64,000 nucleotides of DNA from Tubiluchus corallicola. Taxonomy: Eukaryota; Animalia; Priapulida. The translations under genes and the position numbers were made by a program. The notes beneath the pieces were generated by a model, which did no database searches, had not been told where the DNA came from, and saw nothing but the letters and a program-made list of their open reading frames with translations. Location: assembly GCA_030141605.1 (NCBI GenBank), contig JAQGDQ010000200.1, forward strand, positions 62,001-126,000. Direction: 5' to 3'. Below, piece after piece: positions 54,536-64,000 of the stretch (positions within the stretch are counted from its first letter, which is position 1; every line of letters starts with the position of its first letter).

Positions 54536-57159
54536 TAAGTAAATTTTTGACTGATTTTGATCAAAAAGCACTTGTGAAAGAGTAAAACTATTTACCTTTT
54601 TTTAAAACCTAATTCGCGACTAGGGTAGCATTTCAACTCAGGAAACTATTATAGGGGGCACTCGGACGCATATTCCGTAATTCAGCAACTTGTCCATGCA
54701 ACCCTATCCATTTCATAGTTCCTCTTTTAAAACATAGTTCCTCTTTTAAAAAGTTCCTCTTTTAATTAGGTTAATGGTAAAAAGAAACTGTCAGACGTAT
54801 ATCATCATATCCATTACAAGTCAAGCCATAATACATATAGTCGTCATCCATAAATTGCTGTGTTATTAGCGATAATTGTTCAGATTATAAACAGAGAAAT
54901 AGGATTTCGCTTCAACCTTGAAACGAAGGTAAATTGCAGTTCTGGTTTCAGTCTTAAAGACGTCGCCCAGAGTAAAAATGTTTGCTCAATCGGCTATAGT
55001 TTTAATCTCATGCTTCCTAATTGGCATTATCATGTAAAACTAGAAGCAAAAAAACGAGTCGAATTCCTGTCAGCGTCATCACGCAATGTTTAACAACCTG
55101 TCTCATTACAGAGCTGTCTAAACTAACAAATTGCTATTTGAATCCGTTTTGTGGGTTAGCCTTGAAAAGAGAATTCAGTACAGAGACGGACTCACTAGTT
55201 TTACAAATTTCAAACTGACCTGTTTACAAGTAAGCAGATAAGCCCGAGGCGCATGTGGAAAATTGAGCCTGGGGCGCATGCGCAAACTGGGTTCTTTTGA
55301 AGTTAGCTTTTTTACATTGCTTTTTAGCTTCAGGTTGTTATTAAAGTTACATAAAAGAACGCAAAACAGAACAGTAAACCGCAGGGATTCTGCCAGAACA
55401 ATCTATTACACAGTATGAGAGCTCTAACAGTGATGTAACTACTTCAGTTAAATGAATGTAATTACTGTAATTACTGGTATCAACTACTACATTTTAAAAT
55501 ACCAGCACACTGGTATATAAATCATAGATATAATAAAAAAGTAGTTCTTAGAGTTAAAAATTTCTCACTGACAATGCCAAGAATAGAGACGTTGAGTTCG
55601 CAAACACCAATGCAAATAACGTCAGTGATGCGTGCTCGTGCATGTAGTGTTTTAGTGTTTAATCTAAACAGTCTGGAATCTACCTATAATGCTTGTGGGG
55701 AGACTGAAAGCTACCCATAATGCCTGTGGGGAGACTGAAACCTGCCCATAATGCTTGTGGGGAGACTGGAACCTAACTCAAGAAAATTATCTGAGATGAA
55801 ACCATCTTAGCCACGTTTCTTTGCTACTGACACGTCTTTCCTCTGTACCCGAAACAGGTGGGTGTCCACTATGATACATCATATTCATTAAGAGCAGTTT
55901 TCTGACAGCCATCCACTCTTTTAGTAACCAAGCTCAATCTCTTAACTTCGCAGTAAAACGTATAGCATAATCACTCAGTCACTCCCCTCTTTCATAATTT
56001 TACTTACTCGATTCCATTCTTGTAACGCTCTTCATTATATTAGAGGAAGACAAGATGATTTTTCATGTACTACCCCATTTTCAAGTTCGATAAAAAGTAT
56101 ACATTTTAACACAATTAATACTAGAAAAGCATTTCTGATAATAGATTAAAAACTTAATTAAGGGCGGGCGAGGCTAACTATTGATGACATCACAAACGAA
56201 CATAATTTTCAACAGCAAAAATATTCCACGAGCGTGTTGCACGTGTTTGCGAAAGTGAAAATTGAAGTACAGTGCTACTGTAAGATATTTAGTGTGTTGT
56301 ACTAAAACTAGGCAAGTTTTAAGATAAAAACTCAAATTTCAAATTTACCGCTGTGTTCACATATAAGCTGTCGAACGTGTGAAGTTCGTCAGAAACTAAC
56401 ACATCTGAACCGAGAGGTACAGCGTCTGTTTTTATGCAATGCGTTTCCGAAATGCAAGCGCGTCTAACTAGCGAATGGCAAAATGCACGTAACAGCAAAG
56501 AGCTAATGGCGCGAATGCGAAATTGTGATTGTGTGGTAATAATTCTTTTATGAAAGTCATTTTTGAAAAAACAGTACGTTTCCTTTCAATATTTGAAAGA
56601 GTGTGTTGTTTTGACCTACAGTTTAAGATTGGGTGCGGTTTTGTTTTAAAGTCAGTGCCTTAAAGCACTAGAAAAACCCTTTACTTGCATAAAGTTGAAA
56701 TAATATTCCTCTTGAAACTTGTAAATTTTAAACTCCTACAATGACCGCTAGGCGCAGCCGTTGTAACTTATTTTAACAGTGTTTAAATAACATTGCGTAA
56801 AATAAAAAAAAACATCAGAGCATTCGTAGCACAGTCTTTCGCTAACTAAGCAAAAGCGCAAATTACTTTATCTTGTCAATAAGATTAAAAAAGCTTTTCT
56901 GTGAGCCTGTGGTGCACATTGGGATGGCATTATAGGGACGTTTTACTAGCCGGCGCGAATAATTCAAATTATAAAAATTTCTTTTCTATTGACACAAGTC
57001 TTTCAAGCAGGTAGAGGGCGCATTTTTATACATCTGCTTGGAATGCCATTTTCTTGACACATGCAAAAGCAGCAATCTCTACAAATGGGGCCGGTAACCT
57101 TAAACTTATGGAGTCGTTTTCACTTAAAAATTGTCCAGGTGAATAAACGAGACACCTAC

Positions 57160-57174
57160 GTCTGTGTCAACCAA
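57160..57174 (-). CDS. Candidate 15-nt microexon (TTGGTTGACACAGAC) in the Src-like gene
   Basis: ttttattctccgttcag|15 nt|gtaggt; frame-preserving, encodes xWLTQT in phase 2. Splice signals are the only evidence. Confidence 0.25.
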
Positions 57175-59097
57175 CTGAACGGAGAATAAAAATGTTTAAC
57201 GTTAATTAACTTCCTCGTGTCGTTGTAGGACTAATTAGCAATTTAAACTCAAAGCGATATTTCCATTTAGCACCCAAAAATCTTGAGAGGGTCTGCTTAA
57301 TAGTGGATGGTGTGGCAGGGACGGGATCTAGCTAATTGTTAAGCACAATCCTCTACGATGGGATTCATTTTCCACGTCACACAATGTCTTGTTCTTTCAA
57401 GTTATCTTGTACAGAAACGAATTCGAATTTGATTTACCAAATTTTAAGACACTATAACCCTTTTGCTGAGCTTGTTAATTAGTTTAAAGGACAAGAAAAG
57501 AGGTACCTAAAGTAGGTTTCAGAAAAATCCCCTTAAAAATTATATTACTTCATGGCAATTTTATGCATATATCGTAATCGTGTTGAAAGGATTTTTTGTT
57601 TGTTTTCATTTTAAATCTCCCGCATTACTGTTCCGACGGGCGCCATTACATGACGTCACTAGGCCACGTAAATCAGGGGAAAAGGGATATGTTAAATTAT
57701 GATCCAAGAAAACTTTCCATGCAAATCTATCTTACTTAGCATTTCATTTATCTGCAGGAGGGACTAGTGTAAGTAGAAATAATAATTTAAAATGTTCGTG
57801 CCAATTGGTAAAATGTTTCACTCTCCAGGGTGCGCCACTCACTAGCCAAAAAACGTATTTTTAGTCTTATTGACAAGATACAGTAATTAAAAAAATTACT
57901 TAATTAGCAACATGTACACTACAAATGCTCTGATTATTTTTTCAAACTTTACTTAATGTTATCAAAACTTGTTTCAAACGACCTACCATTATAATGGCTG
58001 CGCCTAACGGTTCATCGCGGGAGTTTAAATTTACACGTTTTATACAACGTTGCTACCAACGCAAGCACTGCATGCAAAAAGGCAGTACGTAAGTGGTATA
58101 AAATTTCAAGACGAATTTTTCAAGCTTCATCTAAGATGATGGTTTTCTTGTGTTTTAAGTTTAAATATTAGAACAAGTGCGAACTGTATCAAATTTTGTT
58201 ACAAAAATCTGCTGCAAAAATACCGGCTTTTTCCTGTGCCAGAAGTTTTATTTTAATGCAATTCACAATTGCTTTAATAATCAAACGTAAAAGATTATTA
58301 AAATAAGTGTAAATTGTTTGAAATTTTATTACAAAATGCTGTTCCAAAATAATGTTACAAAATTTTCGTACAACCTCTGGCACAGTCTGCATAGATGAGG
58401 ATAGTAAACAGAGTAACAATAACATTGCCAAAACTTCAACATCGCGTAGTAGTTACCATATGTTATATTTTTGCTGTAATAACTAATCAGAGTTTGACAT
58501 TTGCCACCAAACTTCTGTGTTCCACTTTCAACTGTGAGTTTCATAGCGACAAATTTTCGTAGAAAAATCATAAACAGAATTAGAATTCAGTGGCCCTCCA
58601 TTAAAACTGTTACAAATGAAGGGTGGAGGGGTGAACTATAACAGTATAGAGGCGGATCCAAGCATAAGCAGCTTTAACAGATGAGCCGTAAAGTAAGGAA
58701 ATAAGTAAATACGTACGTACGTACGTAAATAAGCAAGTAAATAAGTGCGTGCGTGCTTAAGTAAGTGAGTGAGTGAGTGAGTGAGTGAGTGAGTAAGTAA
58801 GTAGGTAAGTAGATAAGTAAGTAGGTACGCAAGTAAGTACGTAAGTAAATATGAAAGTAGGTAAGTGAGTGAGTGAGTGAGTGAGTGAGTGATTGAGTGA
58901 GTGAGTGAGTGAGTGAGTGAGTGAGTGAGTGATTGAGTGAGTGAGTGAGCGAGTGAGTGAGTGAGTGAGTGAGTGAGTGAGTGAGTAAGTAAGTAATATA
59001 ATGTAAGTAGGTACATAGGTAGGTAGGTAGGTAGGTAGGTAGGTAGGTAGGTAGGTAGGTAGGCAGGTAAGTAAGTAAGTAAGTAAGTAAGTAAGTC

Positions 59098-59307
<210 letters not shown>

Positions 59308-62172
59308 CAAGCAAGCAAGCAAGTAGATAGGCAGACAGGTAGGTAGGTAGGTTGTTAACTAGGTGGATAAGTAAGTAGATAGGTATTTAGGTAGTACATA
59401 CCTTTTATAGGTAGGTAGATTATTAGGTAAGTAGTTAAGTAGGTAGGCAACAACCAAGGAAAATTTATTTCAGACTAAACATCATAAGTACATATATAAG
59501 ATTATAGAGAAAACAACAGCATAAAGGTGTAATACAACTTGTACAGTGATGGGAGACCAGAATTGTGTTCTGCAGCAATTGTTGCCGTTATTGAGTAATC
59601 GGTAAAAACGTTTCTTCGCATAGTTTGAACATGCCCTTAGGATTCGCGACAGCACTTTCACCGCTGAATCACGTCTAGCTTTCTATGAGAATCCAGATAA
59701 AAAGTCACAAGTAAAAAAGTCACAGGTAAAAAAGTCACAAGTAAAAAAGTCAAAGGTAAAAAAGTCACAAGTAAGAAATTACAAGTCAAAAAGTCACAGA
59801 TAAAAAAGTCACAAGTAAAAGGTCACAAGGCAAAAAGTCACAGGTAAAAAAGTCACGAGTAAAAAGTCAAAGCTGAAGGAGTCACAAGTAAAAAGCCACA
59901 GGTAAAGAAGTCACAGGTAAAAAAGTCACAGCTAAAGGACTCACAAGTAAAAAGTCACAGGTAAAAACGTCACAGGTAAAAAGTCACAAATAAAAAAATC
60001 ACAGGAAAAAAGAAACCTAACCATAGCCTAGCCAAAATTAATAGTGACATTTTCCTAGCCAGAATTGTGACTTTTTGTCACTTTTTCCTGTGACTCTATT
60101 ACTGGTTACCCTCAATGAATACCCCCTTTGAATAGAATTTAGAACCGCCTCCAAAGCTGCCTCATGTTATCTCATCCGCAAACAAAATTTAATTCATTCA
60201 CGCCCCACTTACAATACATTAATTTTTTGTATAACTTTCATTAAATTATTTATTTGTACTACAAGAATATTAACTACGCATATGTAGGTAACTATACACT
60301 CATTAATCAATAGTTAAGTGGCAGGTTTTAAACGTTCTTACACCTTATTAATATTCGAGAAAGCAGTAAGTTTTGTGAGTCATTCATGGCATACTTTCTG
60401 ACAACGATTAATTCACTAATTCATTTCTTAACCCTATTCATGTTTTTTGGGTGCAGTTGAGAAAGCTACAAACCTGCAATAAATATGTTCTTACATTTAA
60501 ACGTACACCAATTTCTACTTACTCAGTAATAATTATAACAGGTTATTAATTCTCCTTTCAAAAACAATAAGCTTAAAAACCCCAGTATGAATAACAGAAC
60601 ACTAAATTTAAGAAACATTAGAACGAACAATCAATATGGAAAGAATTACATTACTAAGAAAGCAATACAACTTTGGAATTCATTACCGACATCACTAAAA
60701 CACAGCAGCTCTTTATCAATATTCAAGTCTAAATTACAAAAAAGATTTAATGACTCGTTTTGAATATCCCACATACGAACACGATGATACTTACTCAAAT
60801 CATAATTTCATTTTTCCTAGACCTTACTATTTATATTTTATTTTTGAATTTCTAGTTGCACTTATAGTTTAGCTTGCACGAGACGCATTTGCCCAGAACA
60901 GTGTACGTTTTTATATGAACTAACACTGATTGTCTGTCTTTTATTATGATGGTCAATGTTTTTAAAGTGGCAAATAAAGATTTTACTACTACTACTAGAT
61001 GGCGACACACGTAATGCCATGCAAAGCCTGTACCGTCATCATCCATTAACAAGAAGAGGGAACAAAACGGAAGGGGACGATTTAAACTACTCATATCATA
61101 TAATAAGCCTTTTCACAGTTCCATTGATTGATGATAATCGTCGAAGGTCAGAGAGTACCAGATTTGTGTACACTTGATAATGCTTCGCAGCCCACGCTAT
61201 TGTAACAGTAACAATTTTTTAACAGCAAATTAGAACGTTACCTAGTTCATTTTGTTTTCTTCCCTAGTAAGAACCTGCTAGTAAGCCACTCTGCGAATAG
61301 TATAATGCATAATAAAGTAAAGTCCACCACTTAAAAACAACTAAAATTATTGAACTGATGTGGCAGATGGACTTGGTTTACCCTCGCGTGACGCTTGTAT
61401 TTAAGACACGTTATACTTAATCGTTGACCTACAACAACTGCGCGTGCGCACAACGAAAGTGTGAAAAGATTTATTGATAGGGCGTCATTGTTTTCACATA
61501 ATTAGCAGGGATAACAACATTTTCTGGATCGCCTATCTTCCTATTCGACTTATCCCCGCCTGTTATATTTTATGAGAAGTAACGAAAGAGTTAATTATTG
61601 TTAAGTGCAAAAATAACTCAGAACATGCTCTTCAAATTGCGCTGTTATTTAATTGCCTAATTACTGTCAAATTTAGCATTGAATTTGTAGTGAGTGAAAA
61701 TAGTTAAATTTTCTGTTATTTTAAATGTATAGCAGCGCAGCGTTTTTAACATTATTCCAGTCGCAGGGGGAATCTCAACGTTTTCCCCGCGAAAAACTAT
61801 TACCACAGGAATTTTCCCGTCAACCTTAGCTAATAAACGCATCTGTTATCTTATTTGAAGTAGAGATTGTCCTCTACAGGAGGCGTTAACAATTTATTGT
61901 GTCAAATCGGCTTTAAAGTACCACAAACAGTTATCTCTAGTTTCCGATAGTACACTACAAGTAGTTTGTTAGACTAAACGTTTATAAATCAAATAGGTCA
62001 GTTTTGGTTGTTCATGGTCTAAGCCATATAAATAGTTTCAGATTATGTTTGTCAGTAATTTGATTTTGTTTTTCCTTAATTAGTAATTGTATAGTTTCTT
62101 CTATTTTTTAGTACAACCTTTTTGATTAATTTTATAACCCTTATTTTAATGTCATTGTTTGCTTACACTTAC

Positions 62173-62208
62173 ATTCGATGATTGTAAGTCCGTGAAGGAC
62201 GAAAGTTC
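62173..62208 (-). CDS. Candidate 36-nt exon of the Src-like gene ((R)NFRPSRTYNHR)
   Basis: Strong acceptor ttatttttctag| and donor |gtaagt; phase 2-2; open in frame with the 62371-62700 exon. Confidence 0.5.
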
Positions 62209-62370
62209 CTAGAAAAATAAAGGGTTTTGGGACTTAAAGAACACTTTGTCTTCATTATAATTTCGGCATACTTTCGTTATAAGCTCCGCTGAAAATTACA
62301 GCGACTCCATTTTGTTTTGACTGAAAATGGCCGCTACGACTGGTTACATTAGAGGTGTAAAGAAGAAATA

Positions 62371-62700
62371 CCTTGAAGTAGAGATGGTCTTTTGTTTATC
62401 GTTGCTATTTTGCAGCAGATTTTGTAATCTCTTCAACCCCTCTTTCTGTCTCATCCGGTTTATCTCACTTTTCCTGTTGGAGTAGTTCGTGGCACCGGAA
62501 AAAGTGCTTCCCAGTTCCCAACCCGACTGTGATCTATCCCCCAGGACGGACAGGGCTTTGCCCCTCTTGTTCTTGTCTCTCGGGAACAGGAAAGCGCGGA
62601 TCCGCGAAATCGATCCCTTGGAAACGGTTCGAATTCTGTCCCAGGAAGTCGACAGCGACACGGTTGAAGTTGTCGATTCATGCCTCTCCAAACGCGGCAT
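62371..62700 (-). CDS. Candidate first coding exon of the Src-like gene (Ser/Arg-rich unique N-terminus, no Gly2)
   Basis: GC-rich ORF MPRLERHESTTS...KTISTS(R) on the kinase strand, ending at AG|GTATTT in phase 2. No homology can be verified by eye. Confidence 0.55.
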
Positions 62701-62899
62701 CTTGAAGGTCAGTTTTATGAACAAAGACTAACGATGTTTTAATTGTGTTCCGTCTTGTAGTGAGAAGGACGTGAATAAATCACTTGAACAACTGCAATTC
62801 TCATCAGAGGTCACAAATCTTCGTGTTTTTTGTTCACCTCCTGAGCGGCTTGAGTACGAAACACGAGGACCGTGAAGTCAAGTCAATTTGGCTTATTAA

Positions 62900-63152
62900 T
62901 TTGAGAATAAACGAACTCATAGACTCCAATATACACTTGGTATAGTACCTTAAGAAGGTTAGTACATGACTTGTTCACTTGAGAATAAACGAACTCATAG
63001 GCTCCAATATACACTTCGAAGACGCTTGATATAGTACCTTAAGAAGGTTAGTACATGACTTGTTCACTTGAGAATAAACGAACTCATAGACTCCAACATA
63101 CACTTCGAAGACGCTTGATATAGTGCCTTAAGAAGGTTAGTACATGACTTGT
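62900..63152 (+). repeat. ~89-bp tandem repeat, 3 copies, upstream of the candidate Src first exon
   Basis: ttgagaataaacgaactcatag...agaaggttagtacatgacttgtt occurs three times. Confidence 0.85.
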
Positions 63153-64000
63153 TACCTTTTTCGGCTTTAAGATCTAATCAGCTTTCTTGGGGGCTTAACA
63201 ACTTTCCGTATAATCACAACTGTTTGCTTTCACGCGAAGTTATTCTGCGCTCTATTATGTCTGGCATTTTCTCAAAGTTTGTTTCAAGTGAGCTATTATT
63301 GGTTTTTTTTAAAACGTTTCTCGCACTGACAAAGGCAGTAAAATGTGCTCCAGTTTTGTCTGGCAATTACCATCAGACGACAATGCACCGAGACACGACA
63401 GCTTTTTGTCGTTTAAGATTTTCTGCTTTTGCTTCCGTAACGGCTGTCTGTCTATATACCAGAACCGTAGAAACGTGAAAAAACCATTTATCATTCGCAA
63501 AAACAAATGAAAATGCAATTGGTCTTCGTAAACTCTCGTGAGAAATTATAACAGCGCTAATTTGCAATACAAAAAAGGCTCTCGTGGAGATTCTTCACTC
63601 TCATTCACATAAATTTACTGACTCATTCAATCCAGCTTAACGTTTTCGAGTACTAATTACAGCACTAATTACTTTCTAAGCGCCCGTATTTAATATGCCC
63701 TTATATACTTTCGAGTACTGCTCTAGTCTGCTGGTTTTAATGAGTTCATATGAGATGACAGTAACTTCATTTAACTCAATTCCAAAAAAGTTTTTTTGAG
63801 ATACAATTATCACAAAAATATTATAAGTAAGTTAGTTCATAAAGGACTAAGACGTGTTTCAAGTCACTAACCGGGTATTGAATGAATGTTTGCTAGAACA
63901 AATCTTAATTACTACTGCAACTACATTGCTTCTATCAACACCCTGTTCGGTAATACTAGACAAATCAAACAGTCTATCTCAATCCAATTTTCGGGGCATT

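Noticed and set aside
60518-60575. SLLFLKGELI peptide resembling SH3 LSFxKGE (also ELGFKK at ~54595-54620)
   Set aside because: In-frame stops, no ALYDY-like upstream sequence, and incompatible splice phases.
62180-62210. gtcc-gtgaa-ggac-gaaa, resembling a classic hammerhead stem II
   Set aside because: There is no CTGANGA upstream (attgtaa), and the segment is better explained as the 36-nt minus-strand exon.

Overview
AT-rich, intron-rich eukaryotic (animal, probably invertebrate) genomic DNA; most long ORFs in the supplied track are microsatellite artefacts. Three spliced genes were reconstructed by hand from GT-AG junctions with matching phases. (1) A mitochondrial-clan cytochrome P450 on the minus strand (8 exons, 14569->444; the last exon is probably left of the window). 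(2) A complete XendoU/EndoU poly(U)-specific endoribonuclease on the plus strand (6 exons, 18144-29379, 289 aa), head-to-head with the P450. (3) A Src-family tyrosine kinase on the minus strand (partial SH3, SH2, kinase, C-terminal Tyr; 51155->34902), with candidate 5' exons at 62700->62173, convergent with EndoU. EndoU intron 1 holds a near-full-length but dead antisense CR1/L2-group LINE with a leader-2A(GDLELNPGP)-PHD-APE-RT layout. Introns and intergenic DNA are full of non-autonomous DNA transposons (TTAA/Kolobok-like, piggyBac-like, hAT-like, Tc1/pogo-like), LINE 3' remnants, tRNA-derived SINE heads, mini- and microsatellites and telomere-like arrays. Most notable observations: the 2A-PHD LINE; minimal hammerhead-ribozyme motifs inside long inverted repeats; a Src-like kinase with no detectable first half of SH3 and a candidate 15-nt microexon; inverted repeats bracketing exon pairs in both Src and EndoU; and satellites arising from transposon parts. 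All calls are by eye, without database searches.
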